NCBI GenBank assembly: GCA_043228905.1
Contig: JBHGNT010000002.1
Span: 23,684,001-23,748,000, forward strand
Reading direction: 5' to 3'
Origin: Azolla caroliniana
Lineage: Eukaryota; Plantae; Polypodiophyta
Length of the DNA: 64,000 nucleotides
Shown: positions 40,870 to 54,400 of the stretch, piece by piece
Layout: every line of letters starts with the position of its first letter
Position numbering within the stretch: the stretch's first letter is position 1
The notes under the pieces: generated by a model
What the model saw: only the letters and a program-made list of their open reading frames with translations
The model's database searches: none
Told to the model about the DNA's origin: nothing
Made by a program: the position numbers and the translations under genes

Positions 40870-43689
40870 TAGTAACCATTTGGTTAAGTGTGTGTCCACT
40901 TAAGTGTGCCATTCCATTAAGTGCGTTTTTTTTATAGAGGTCAAAATCTTATTAAAAAAATTACATAGCTTCATGAAAATTACATTAAACCAAATTGAAA
41001 CTATGTTCCATACATTTTTTAAAACCAACAAAATCATCAACAAAAATAAGATTGTACATCTTTCTCTATTTCATACCACAATCATGTAAGGTCATTTTCC
41101 TACTTTTAGCTATATGCTTAGAAACAATGGTAGAATTGCGTCTTGAATAATTGTACGAACAACCGATAAAGCTGATTTTACTTGCTTTGCTTTTTTGGAA
41201 CTCAAATAAGTTGCTGTCATGATCGAACTAAGCATGAGTTCTCTATCTTCTTCCTTAAAGCATCCATGCATATCTTGCATCTCAACAAACTCAGAATTTG
41301 AATTACTTTTGTAATATGTAAGTGGTTCACTTGTGTTATAACTTCATCAATCTCTCCAAGGAGATTTTGATTAAGTTTTTTTATATTCATTTTCATTTGC
41401 ATTGACACATTCCATGATTTTATCTCGAATTTCTTCTACATTATGTGCATTTCAAGCAATCTGTAGTTACATAACAAAACAATAAGATCATCAATGCATT
41501 GATCTTCCATTTCAACGATTTCGACATCGTTAATACAAAATGATGGCATAATATCCACCTTTCTAAATCAATTAAAAAGTGACTCTTTCTTGATCTCATT
41601 CCAAGCAATAACAATGAGATTGGCAACATTTAACAAATGTGCCGACTTTCCAAAAGCAAAACCAATAGAACCTCTTCTCATACGTTTAGCTACATCCTTC
41701 AAATGAATCTTAGCATAATCTGGATTATCATTTTATTTCAAAATTTGTCTTATCAAATTATATTTGTACCTCTTTTTCAAAGCTGTAATGATTCCCATAT
41801 CCATTGGTTCCATGATATGACATTTTCCAAGAAAAAAATGACTTTGATAGCATCGTGCGCAAATGCTTCGGAATGACCAAGAATATTATCAATGATTAGA
41901 AGCACTTTGTGATTAGTTCAAGAATGAACAAAAGGTAAAAAGTTCAAACACTTGATCAAAAGTTTTATTAAAGCAAGGGATATCAATCCAAGCATTTCTT
42001 TGTGCTAAATAAGGTAATGACCAAGAATTTCCAACAATATAAGCAGGTTCCTTAGCCTTTCCAATCATTGTAATAGGAACTTTTTTAGTTCCAGTCGCAT
42101 TACAACAAACAATTAAGGTTAAGTCTATCTCGCAATTTTTTCTTACCTTGATTTGTTATAGGATCTTCATTAGGCAAAAACATTGTGTATCTTGGAACTA
42201 ATTGATAAAACAAACATGTTTCATCTATATTGTAAACACAACTAGGATCATACTCATTGACTATAAGATAAAGCCTTTCCAAAGAAGCCAACAATTCAAG
42301 GTCATTTCCATCAATTGCCCCCCTTCACCATACAAAATAACAGTACTCAAACATTGGGGATGATGAAATTTCCTAAACCAACCCCAAGTTTCCTTGAAAT
42401 CATCATCACAAATAATCATTTGTGCAACCAATCATCAAGCCTTCTCCATAATAACTGATGGAGGCAATGCAATTGACAATCAACGAGATGCATCAATCCA
42501 AGCATAAAAGTGTTCCTCTAATTCAAGGTATTTCCCTTTTGATCCTCTAAAAGTTGTTTTCCTTGTATTTTGATGTTTTTGTTGGACACACATTTGTACC
42601 TCATCCTTCTTCTTGACCAAACTTCTAATTGCATTCACTTACACCAAATTTTTTGTGTTGCGAAGAGAAGGAGCTGATGGTTGTTCCACTAAGTCCAAAA
42701 TATGTAGCCTTTGTTCATAATTCAAACAAGGTCCAACACCTTGACTTATTGGTTGAATTCATCTCAGTCATAATGCTAATTAGCTAATTTCATATTGACT
42801 TATCGATTATTTTCGAATCCCCTTTCCCTAGTTCTATTAAACCACACATTTGCGAATCTAATCGACATGTGGACTCCAATTCAAACAAAAAAACCCACAC
42901 AAATCCATTACATACTCTTTTACAATTGAATATTTTCGAATCCTCTTTCCCTCATTCTAAGAAAACCACACAAATACATTACATACTCTTCTAATCTAAT
43001 TGACATATGGTCTCCAATTCAGCCATAAAAAACCACACAAATCCATTACATACTCCTCTAATCTAATTGACACATGGACCCCAATTCAGCCATAAAAAAC
43101 TACAGAAATCTATTATATACTCTTTTACAATTGATTATTTCCGAATAAAAAATCAGCTTTTGGGTATGTACACAAAGTCTACATACTCGGAGAAGAATGT
43201 AGGAGCACAATAGTGTCGTGAGCAACATCATGGGATTGATAAGGAGCAAGGAGGGTATGATTGGTGGATGTTGGGGTTGCGCTTTCTTAGAAAGTACTAA
43301 GGAAAAACAAATAGAAAAGAAATACTTTACATACTCTTCTAATCTAATTGACATATGGACTCCAATTTAGCCATAAAAAACTACATAAGCCTATTATATA
43401 CTCTTTTACAATTGATTATTTCTGAATAAAAAACCAACTTTTGGGTATGTACACAATCTACATACCCGGAGAAGAATGTAGGAGCACAACAATGTCGTGA
43501 GCAACATCATGGGATTGATAAGGAGCAAGGAGGGTCTAATTGGAGGATGTTGGGTTGCGCTTTCTTAGAAAGTGCAAAGGAAAAAAAACGAGAAAAAAAA
43601 TATTCGTGTAAAAAGCCCTGAGTGTGCAACTTAGTTAAGTGCACACTTTTCCTCGAGATCAATGCGCACACTTAATTGAATGGTTATTG
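40870..43689 (-). mobile_element. pogo/Tigger-like (Tc1-mariner superfamily, CENP-B/DDE_1) DNA transposon with a decayed transposase (~42760->41200)
   Basis: TIRs tagtaaccatttggttaagtgtg (40870) and cacacttaattgaatggttattg (ends 43689), the right one followed by TA; subterminal ttaagtg repeats. Transposase motifs KGKYLELEEHFYAWI, FKETWGWFRKF, VYNIDETCLFY and VPITMIGKAK. A 281-bp tandem duplication lies at 43087/43368. Confidence 0.85.
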
Positions 43690-43950
43690 TATCCTTTTGA
43701 TGAACTTTGAAAGAGAAAGCTTCATTACTAGGGTATTACTTTCAGTGAAATAAAATGTGTAAAGAAACAATGTCACTTATTGGTGAAGGTTGGCCTCTAC
43801 ACTATCTTATCATCATCCCCTCCCAAGTTTTCTACTTGAGCTATGCTTAATTAGTTTACAATTTTACCACTTGAGCTATGCTTACTTATTATGTATCTTT
43901 TATTCCTAACATTTTCTTCTAGTAATATGTTGTCTCGATTCTCAACCGAA

Positions 43951-45180
43951 TGTAAGACTCGACTTTTATAGTCAATCCTCCCTTCACCCCCACCACAATA
44001 CGACAACAGAAAGGCTCGAGTGGGTGCAATCTATTAGGAATATGGGACTGAATCGGGATGATTTAGACTTCCAACACAATTAACAATGAATGAAACCACA
44101 AGAAGAAAATGAGAGTACACCAAAATTTTTAACGTGGAAAACCCAAAATAGGGAAAAACCACGGGAACTGTAGGTTCCAAACAACTTTACCATGATCTGA
44201 GTACAACGGAATACAACCTCTCTAGGTTTTCACTAGAAGAATGTATCTACCTCAAGGCGATGACCTTGGTTACAACCTTCACCCAATTGGGTGGATAGAA
44301 TAACAAAGATTACAAACTGAGTACAACCTCTCTAGGTTTGGACTAAAGGAAATGTACTAGCCTCAAGGTAACAACCTTGGCTACAATCTTCACCTGATTG
44401 GGTGGATAAAACAACAAAGATTACAACTGAGTACAACCTCTCTAGATTTTGACTAGAGAAACTTACAAACCTCAAGGCAATAGCCTTGGCTACACAATAG
44501 TGAGTACAACTAAGTATGGACTCTCTAGGTTTTGATTAGAGAAAATGTACTAGCCTCAAGGCAACAACCTTGGCTACAATCTTCACCCGATCAGATGGAT
44601 ACAACAACAATAAGCACAACTGAGTGTAGTCTCTCTAGGTTTTTGACTAGAGGAAATATATTAACCTCAAGTCAACAAACTTGGCTACAATCCTCACCCG
44701 ATTGGGTGGATAAACCAACAAGCAATAACCTAGATTACAATTCCTCACCCAACTGGGTGGATAGAAAAAAAACTAGCAAAAATGGAAACAAGAAAAACAC
44801 AAAACGAAGAAACCTGATGCAAGTAGACAGGATAGGTGTTGTTCAATCGTGGTTCTCTAATAGCACGAACAACCCCTCGCAGGTCTTTGTCTCCGCTTTG
44901 GTAGAACACTCTTCCTCTTGCTCTCAGTCTTTCGTTTTCTTTTTTTCTCTCTCAGTTTTTTTGTTTTTGCTTTGTGTTCTTAGAAAATTAGGTCACACTC
45001 GGTTTTCTCCTTCTCTTTATATGTTTTCTCCTTGTAGTCCAACGTCTATATACCTATGTTCACACACACACACACACACAAAAGACACACACCAAGGAAA
45101 AACAACATACAAAGAAAAGGGCATGTATATATATATATATATGAATATAATTATAAACTTCATAACTTTTCTCCTTTTTT
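43951..45180 (-). mobile_element. Probable copia-type 3' LTR with PPT, containing ~110-bp tandem repeats (44195-44760)
   Basis: LTR-typical ttttaacgtggaaaaccc...gggaaaaaccacg (44127-44163). Purine tract aaaaaaggagaaaa on the minus strand at ~45166-45180. ctctctag units at 44218, 44328, 44437, 44521 and 44631. Boundaries are approximate. Confidence 0.5.
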
Positions 45181-47167
45181 GGCCCTAAGCCAAATTCGGT
45201 TCTCAACCGACTTTCAATCGGCCCTTCGGCTCTCAACTGGCTCCATGTTGTGGGCTCCACTTGAGTGGATAGGCCTAGATTGGGAGTGTTAGATGGTCAT
45301 GGCGCTACTATAGTACCATCATTTGTGAAATATTGCTTAAGGGGCCAAGCTATATATCATAAGGTGACTCCTATTATTTCATCTTTAGAACTCTCACAAG
45401 TTGCAATTGTTTCTTGGTTGGATAAAATGGTTGTGATCATGCTTTCTTGCTTTGGTCATGCTAAAGGGATGAAGATAAATAACTAATATCCAAGTAACCT
45501 TCTTTAGGAAACTCTCTTAATAACTATTAACTTTAATATTAAATGACATCATTAAGTACATTAATATGCTAATAGTTTTAACTTAAATGCTTAATCACTT
45601 GGGAATTAAACTTACAATGAATTCATCTAGAGATCACACAAGAGTATTACCGACCAAGTTTTACATTCCTCAATTGTTAGCATACACACACTCACTCAAA
45701 CTTTCATTTGTTAACCATTAGAATACACACATCCACTCAAACTCATGATTATATTCCAAGTATAAAATTAGCATCAAGAGATTATCATAAACTATTGAGA
45801 GAGATTAGGGAGCTCAGGCTCAAAAGAGAGATAGATAGATTCTATTATCGTCTTTGGAGGTCAAATATGATCTATGAGACCAAAAATATTGCATTTCACG
45901 TTATACGTGTAAAAGTGAGTAGTGACTCAATGTTTGAGAACTTTACCAATGAATGTTGCAATCAAGAGTGTACATTGTGGTTGTGAGAGAAATTTGTACA
46001 AGGATTGGGCTTGGTCAAAGATGTGTGGAAAGCATGGTCAAATATGATAAAAGGTAGAGCATTGTATCAAAGTGTGATACTCATAGTGTGCAAAGTGTGC
46101 ATAGTCGACCACTCTCATCACTTGTGTCCCAATGCCCCATCTCACATCGCAATCCATGTGAGCTAAGTCGCATGGAAGCAATGGTTCGAATGGCAGACAA
46201 CGAGATGGGCTCTAATATGTATCATTGTGTATGGTTTCCCTGTTCCACGAAGATATGGTTTTGTAGTTAGGTGCAACATATGTAGTATAATGTGTGAACC
46301 GTGAGCCTCCACATTTTTCCCATGTCATGATACATTGGCATTGCAAAGGCCTCATTTACAGAGGAATCTACTGATGCATCATGAAGCAAATGTGTTGCAT
46401 CCCATCTTCCAAACCAGTTTTTCATATATTGTATCCAACTGATGTTGTGATATTTTCAACATGTAGTGTGAAACCACCTTAGAAAGAAATAAAATAGTAG
46501 TTCAAAAAAACTAATATAGCGAAGTCAACTTTGTTCGTAACAAAAATACTTTTCTCAATTGTCAAAGAGCTTGCCTTATGGATGAAAGGCCATAAATGAT
46601 GAGTGGATATAAAGTTAGAGGCGGTTTCAAAAGTAGAAAAAAGGCAGAGAAAAAAAAGTGGAAAAAAACAAGGCATGGATATGAAGATCTAGGTAGAGAA
46701 AAAAGCTCATAATGTATTCGCCCGATATCTAAATTCAAAAAGGGTTTAGGGTTTCCAAAAATATCTTGCATGTGAAATTTGAGATTACAAAAGAGAAATA
46801 GTAAAAAAAAAAAAAGCCTCACATAGACTAAAGCTTTAAGGATTTGAATAAGAGTGGATTACTAGCACAAACGGGGGTAGGGGGACAAGAAGATGCGGAA
46901 GCTCTAAGGATTTGAAAGGTGGAAGAAGAGGGATCTCAACCAAGAAGAGCGTGAGGCTTCAACATCAAGCGGATGCAACGAAGTCATCGGTTGTTGGGGG
47001 ACCTCATCAACATCAAGGATTTCTCTCTTTTATGCTCTAGTAATTTCTCTTCTCCATCCCTCTTCCCCCTTGTGAACTATCTTCCTTGTTTCAACGCATT
47101 GTAACTTGAATCTTATTTTAACTCTTGTTTTGTGATTAAGTGTTGTTTTCTTTTAGCTATCGTTATC

Positions 47168-47835
47168 CGTGTCTTGTGCGTGTAACTTCCTCTTGTGCAT
47201 TAGTTCGTCTTGTGACTAGGGGTTGACTCAGGCTTGCCCATGTGCTTCTCCTTTTCACAAAGTTGTTCGAACATTCATGTCTTGTGCGTGTAACTTCTTC
47301 ACTTGTGTTAGTTTGTCTTATGACTAGGGGTTAATTCGGGCTTGCCCATGCACTTCTCCTTTTCACAAAGGCATTCGAACATTTGTGTCTTGTGTGTGTA
47401 ACTTCCTCTCGTGCATTAGTTTATCTTGTGACTAGGGGTTGATTCAGGCTTGCCCATGAGCTTCTCCTTTGCACAAAAGCATTTGAACATTCCTATCTTG
47501 TGCGTGTAACTTCCTCTCGTGTGTTAGTTCGTCTTGTGACTAGGGGTTGATTTGGGCTTGCTCATGTGCTTCTCATTTTCACAAAGGCGTTTGAACATTC
47601 ATGTCTTGTGTGTAAGCCCTCCTCTCGTGCGTTAGTTCGTCTTTTGACTAGGGGTTGATTTGGGCTTGCCCATGCGCTTCTCCTTTTCACAAAGGCATTC
47701 AACATATGTGTATTTTGTGTAAGCCTTCCTCTTGTACGTTTGTTCGTCTTGTGACTTAGGGTTGATTCGGGCATGCCCATGCACCTCCCCTTTTCACAAA
47801 AAGTTCAAACATTCATGTCGTGTTTGCGTAAGCCC
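47168..47835. repeat. 108-bp tandem repeat array (~6 units) 3' of the LINE ORF
   Basis: gactaggggtt at 47214, 47322, 47430, 47538, 47646 and ~47753. Confidence 0.92.
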
Positions 47836-48241
47836 TAATTCTATCCGGTCCTAAACCCTGGCGGTTCCGTCTCACGATCTACACATATTGCAGGATTTTT
47901 ACAACACTGAACACAAAATTTTATTTTTATTGTCTTTTGGATCTTTTTGCTTGCTTCCCATGCAATTTGAGGAAGTCAATGTGAGGGACTTTTTTGAGCC
48001 TTAAGCATGTATTCAACAACCCTTTCCATGGCCATGATCTCAATGGGAAGTGATCCCGTCTCAAGGTGGAGGAGGATGTATGGTGTTTGTTTCTTAACTT
48101 GTAAAAACTTTGTAAGAAAATGTTTTTGGACATTTTCAAACTCTTTCCAAGTAGATTTAGGGATATTACCACCCCATACTTCCACCCCATAGAGAAGCAC
48201 CGGTGTCACCAAAGTGTTGAAAAGGTATTTTTTGAGGATGT

Positions 48242-48957
48242 TGTCGTAGTGCATTTCGTACACTACGTGAAAAACGTATAGAGTACTAGATTGAATAAAT
48301 ATGACGAAAAACAAGAAAGTATAAAAATATATATTACATGCATAGGGCAAGATTCAAACCTTGTACCTCCATGTTCATAATTTGAAGACTTACCATTATA
48401 CTAACACATCATGAGTATTAAAGAAGTAGATATCTCACATAGAAATCTTATTTCACGCATATTTTCTAGGAAAAAGCTTTAGTTAGAAAAAAAACTATAT
48501 GTGCACATCTAGCATGCATGAACACTATAGTCGATAAAAAAAACGCATGAGGTTAGAAAAAGCATGATCATAGTCTATAGATAAATAAAGCATGGAGTCC
48601 ATAGTTAAAGAAAAGGATGAATTACTAAGCCTCTCTCATCACTATATAAGGATGGGGAGCACAATGTAATGTGTGTGGAATCTTTGGAAATTGAATATGT
48701 TTCTAAATAACGATTAATACACTATACTCGTGGGATTCACGAGTTTTTTCTATATGTAAGGGATGTTGATTCTTACTTGGGTATTATTAGGGTTAAATAT
48801 TAATAAAACTAAAAAAACTATATTTGTGGGATTCACGAATTTCTATCTCTTTCTTATAATCTATTCATATTCATAACTAAACTCATCTCAAATTCTTCCT
48901 CTTCCTAGTCCAAAACCCTAATGGTTCCCACTTGACTCACGCCCGAAAGGCATGACA
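48242..48957 (+). mobile_element. Solo LTR (716 bp) of the same lineage, inserted in the LINE RT
   Basis: Termini tgtcgt...atgaca; degenerate 4-bp TSD atgt/acgc. Removing the LTR and one TSD copy restores the LINE frame IKCCVLKKYLF. The family motif ctagtccaaaaccctaatggttccc lies near the 3' end, TATA-like ctatataag at ~48642, and a tRNA-like cassette at 48340-48405 (minus). Confidence 0.8.
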
Positions 48958-51273
48958 ACGCAACACTTAATATCTCCACAATTGCATGTGTTCTTAAATG
49001 CGTAATATGCTCGGTTTCCCGCCTCTAAGCAGCGTGTAGCACATTCATTCCATCTATGATTTGAAGGAACTTCAAGGCCAAGATATTTGAAGCTTTTCAC
49101 ACATTCAAGTGGCTCATTATTGTACTATGCATGACTTACCTTTTCTTTGGCTCTTCACAAGCATGATCTTTGTTTTAGAGCCATTGACACTTAATTTACT
49201 ATGCATGCAAAAAACTTTTAATGATTTCATAAGCTTTTGTGCATCTCCTAAATTATTTGCAAAAAACACTACATCATCCACATATAGCAAAAGCATAATG
49301 ACAACATTCCCAATGGCAACTTCTTTAACACCTTCTTCATTTACAAACTTGGCAACCATTTCTTTCAATTCATCAATTCATTTGGTGAGAGTGGGCCTCC
49401 TTGCTTAACACCAACAATGCTATTGAAAAAATCTGAAAGTTTATTGCTCATACACACACAACATATAACCTTCTCATATATCGGGGAGATTGCAAGCATA
49501 TATTCACTTGGCACCTCAAGTTCTTCCATTAGCCTCTAAAGATGCTCACAAGGTACCATATCAAAAGCTTTCTTGAAGTCTACGAAGCAACAATATAAAC
49601 CTTTACCTCCAAGGTGACTTTCCTCCATTAATACTTGAAGGCCGATAAGGTGATCATTGGTGCTATGGTGTTTTCGAAAGCCAACTTGTCCATAAGCTCT
49701 TTTATTATTATTTTTAGCTCATGCACTTATCTTCGATTCCATTATACATCCAAACAGTTTTGCCATTAGCAAGCCAACCATGATGGCTCGATAGTTGTTT
49801 ACGTTATTTACATCTCCACCTTTATGTAAAGGTTTGATCCCATTTTTAGTCCAATCGTACGACATACCATGTTGCAATTCATGATTAAACATATCGTTTA
49901 TCCATGCATGTGCTTCCTTTCTTGTCAATTTGAGCATTTCAACCTCTATACATTGAAGATCGCTTGCCTTTCGAGAGGCCAATTTCTTAAGTCCTATGCA
50001 TATACCTTCAATTGTAAAGGAGACATATGTGAAAGAGAACCATAACACATTATCTTTCCGGCAAGAGATAACTCATATAGATTATTACAATTCATAGACA
50101 AGTCAAGAAGAGTTACATCACCATAACTCTCAACACATTTCCCCTTTAGATTTCCCCAAAATTTAGCACATGCATGCGCTTTCTCTTACGTTTGGAGAAA
50201 TTGTTGAGTAACTTCCCATATTCTTCTCTTTCTTTGAATAAGATTTTTGTTCTCATGCAAATGTTTTTGGTAATTTTCTTTATCTTTAATTATATCCAAA
50301 ATTATAAGGTGCCTTCAAGCTTCATGACATTCTTTATCAAACCATTTTTTCTTTGAACTACATTTCTTGGTGCATTTCCAAGATGTGTGCTTGGTTGAAA
50401 AAGATTAGTTTGTGCATGAGAGATTGAATTTGTTTAAAGCTTCCTATTTGCATTCTAGTGTGGCACGATGTTATATCTTTGTCATTTGTAACATATCCTC
50501 AACCATCTTGGAATACATGGGTGCTCGCATACGGTTCATGCTCAAGTGGGGTTGTTTATTATCTTCAATGGCCTTCTCACAATCAAACCTAAGCATACAT
50601 TTGAGGTCAATACATAAAGTCCTATGATTGGATTACGGTGTCCATTCACCAAGTGAGAATTTATGTATACGATCCAAAATACCTTCGGAAAGTAGCATGT
50701 AGTCAATCACGCTATTTCCATTGTGTTTTCTAAATGTAAAACCATTAGTGTTGGCCATAAGGAAACATCATTTGCAATAAGCAATCTGGTACTATTGCAC
50801 ATTTGTAGGAGTAACTTGCCAAATTGGTCCAGATCTTTTTCATCTCTAGAAGAGCGGCTATATAGTTGTATATTCTCTTGCATCCTTGAGATATGTGGCA
50901 CGAAATATTGTTGTGCATCAAGTTGAAAACTTCTTGTACGGGCATTCATGGCACCAAAGACAATAACTTCCCCTTTGGATTTGAAATAGGTGTGAGAGAG
51001 AGAGAGATTATTGGGGACTACAACACAGTTGGAATATGCGTAATGCTTTCATGTTTGATAATAGACATGGGGTAAAGAATTTGAAAGGTATTCTCATGTG
51101 GAACTTTTTTATGTTGGAGCATGTGGGGATCATTTCCTCAAATGCATATTCCGGTTTTTTAACGGCATTACAAGACGTCCCTCTCCCTACATAGGCGTAT
51201 GATAGGTAGAGGAGACTAAGAAGTGTTGTAACTAAGTGGATTTTACATACAATTAATATAATTGTGTGCTTTT

Positions 51274-51419
<146 letters not shown>

Positions 51420-54400
51420 CATTAAAACTAAGGAGAAGAAATAAGTATAGAAGTTTATAACACTAGTTTTATTATTGATATGTTTCTTCATATTCTAGCT
51501 ATCTACATTTTGAATCTCCCTCTTTTCCCTTGAGCTACACTCTCAAGTTCTTTGTGAGATTCAATTTCCCTTAATTCTCAACATTGGTCTTCTATCAAAT
51601 AATACCTCTAGCATAACAGTAATGAGTCCAAGACAAAGACATTTGTTAACTTTTGCTTTGAAACAAAACCACAAAGGGTAAAATCTTCATGAAAAATTCT
51701 ATGAAGGTTTTTCTCTGTGGAAATTTTCATGAAGAGGAACAACGAGCACACGCTTACTACTTGTAGAAGGGAAGAGAGAAGAAGAAGAGGAGAGAGTCTC
51801 TAACCTTGAAGGCCACAACAACAGTTGTTATGCACACATAATGTAGGTGAGGGAAGGTCACTAATAATTATATAAGTGAAGGGTATGTTCACTAATCTTA
51901 GAAATGGACTAATGTGATTGGATAGAAGGAATGGTAGGTGCATGCACTATCATGATCTTGAGAACCAATGAATGGAGAGTCTTTTAGAAAGGCGTAGCTA
52001 TTCAAGGGGCCTAGGAAGAGGTATAAATCTTAGGCTTAGTTACCCTCATCAGACACATTACGTTGAAAGGTTGTCGTCTTGAGGCACTGGTGGTGTGGGC
52101 TAGGCTTTCATCACGACGATAGTGTTATCTCTTCCAAGGTATTAGTCATCCTAATGTCCAACGGTATGGGACGTTGGTGGTAGGTTGGCTATGTCTTGAT
52201 CATAGCTTGGGGATGGTCAGGTGGAACATGTTCTTCTATCCAATCTGTTTAAAACCTTGTTTTTACTTTATTTTGGTCTGATTAACTGTAATAGACTCTT
52301 AACAACAACTTATGTGTCGACACCCTAATGCCAATCTTGCGATTCTACAACATTAACTCTAGGGACAACCTATGAAACCATGGTTTTACACTAACATACA
52401 TAAAATTTCCCCTTCACAACTCACTTACCTTCCCACTAGAAACTAATAATGAGGAAAAAAGGGGGGAGAGAGAGAACTATATATGTCCCCAAATGCCCCG
52501 AAAGTTTCCAATAACACTTATACAAGTACCTTTATTTAGTATTTCCTACAGTAAGCCTCTCCCTATTTACAAAAAATAAACCTACACACAATTATACATA
52601 CACACACAATCGTACGATTCCATATAACACAAATGCACAAACAAAAATATACTCATAGCCAGACGTATTTACACATACTCACATACACAGAAACTAGGGT
52701 AGCAAATCAAGAGGGCATGTAAGACCAACATCGGCAAGAGGCGACGTTGTCGCGTTGTTACGCGCGTGCGTGGAGAAAGGCGGGACCACGGGGGTCTTGG
52801 ACTAGGGAGTGACAGAGCGTAGAAAGTCATACTTCACCGTTTCCGGGGCATCCCAGAAGCACACCGGAAGCAACCGAAGGGAGAGAGAGAAAGAGAGGGA
52901 GCGCGCGCTTGACACCGACTCACGCACACACACACACACACACACACACAGGCCGACCCGACTCACGCCCTTATGTACATGAAACGCAGGAAAGGGGAGG
53001 CACCCGACACCAACGGAGACACGAATATACACAGACAGACGCAAACGTAAGTATTACAAGGGAAAGAATACAATCCCGGCTTCGAGCCGGACCATGGTAG
53101 GGTAGGTTACAGCAGAAGTTTGCTACCAAGCCGCCGCCCGGGGAGCTCTCGGGCTCGTCACGCGGAGCGGGGTCTTGCACAGGAGACCTAGCGGAGACAG
53201 CCCTCAACGGTCGACCTCCCCGCCAAGAAGAAGAAACCATGGTACGTGCCAAATCCGCCCCCACCTAACCGCACGTCCACCGGTACGTGCCAAATCCGGT
53301 GAAGGGTGAGAGATTTCAGCTGGTGAGAAACCGGTCTTCCGTAATCCGCATCCCGGCTCGCTGCCGATTTGATCCGTCGGCTTCGGTTCTTCCTTCGTGC
53401 TTACCTCCCCGTAGGCTCGTTCGACCCGTCGATGGGTCCTCTGCCGCGATCTCCGTACTACGTGTACTTCCGCTGGCCCTTGTTCGGCCGTATGACGCCC
53501 CGCTCCCCGCCGTCTGCCCGATGTCCTCCGCTTGAGGAACGCCCGTAGTGGCCCGCTTGGCCTCCGTTGACCATTCATGTTGTCCTGATTGCCGTCCCAT
53601 GTTGTTTCGCGTTGCCTTCATCCTCTCGCCGCCACCTTCCTTCTCCATGGTCTTACATCGCCGCGTTGGCTCGAACTGCCATGGTCTCCGGAACGGTGTG
53701 GAGGATCCTTTTCTGGCCTTCTACGCGCTACCTCCGAACCGTGCAACCCATCTCCGCGCTCACCTTTCCGCTCTGGCACCTCCGTGTGCCACATACCCTC
53801 GTCCGTTGTTTGGCACTGCTTGTGCCGTACTCCGGTTCATTGCTCGCCTTGTCGGCCCCTTTCCCGGCCAGATCGTGCATCGCCGCTCACTCGCATATTG
53901 GTGTCCTCCGCATCTGAGGAACACCCCGTAGTAGCCCGCTTGGCCCTTCCCGTCTTCGTGCTGCTGCAACAGGTCCTGAGTCTTCCGCTTGCCGTCGCCC
54001 CCTCGCCCCCACCAGCTTGTCACCCCGGCTTGCCGTGTCAGTCTTCGCTACTTCGACGGAGCTACCGAGATCTACGAAGCGAGTATGGAGGATCCTCCTC
54101 CGGCCTCTCTTGCCATCCCCTGACTCCGACCCTGTGCAGTCCACTAGGCACTTGTCACCTCGTTCCCGGCACCTCCCTTGTGCCGTCTTCCACTTCCTTT
54201 GTTTGGCACCGCCCGTGCCGAACATTGTCCCGTAGTCACGCTTTGATCCGGCCCGCGATGGCCACTTGTGAGACTCTTATTCCGTCCCAGGTGTGCCTTT
54301 CCGGCCCGACACACCTCCTCGTGTTCGCCCTACCGGCTACTTCCGAAACCGTAACCGGCCGGTGAGGGTTTCGCACTTCGTCCGCCCCATCTTACCGACT

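Larger units (their letters stand above)
47100..51230 (-). mobile_element. Decayed non-L1 LINE (RTE/RTEX/L2-like) with APE endonuclease and RT, interrupted by a solo LTR
   Basis: EN fragments (GKLLLQMC..., SVIDYMLLS) and RT fragments (PLHKGGD..NNYRAI, CFVDFKKAFD, LLYVDD, FKYLGL, PVLLYGVEVWG) in the correct order, with stops and frameshifts. The 3' limit is uncertain. Confidence 0.85.

Noticed and set aside
44532-45188. 218-aa ORF
   Set aside because: Runs through tandem repeats and CA/TA microsatellites of a probable LTR, has a non-ATG start and shows no domain.
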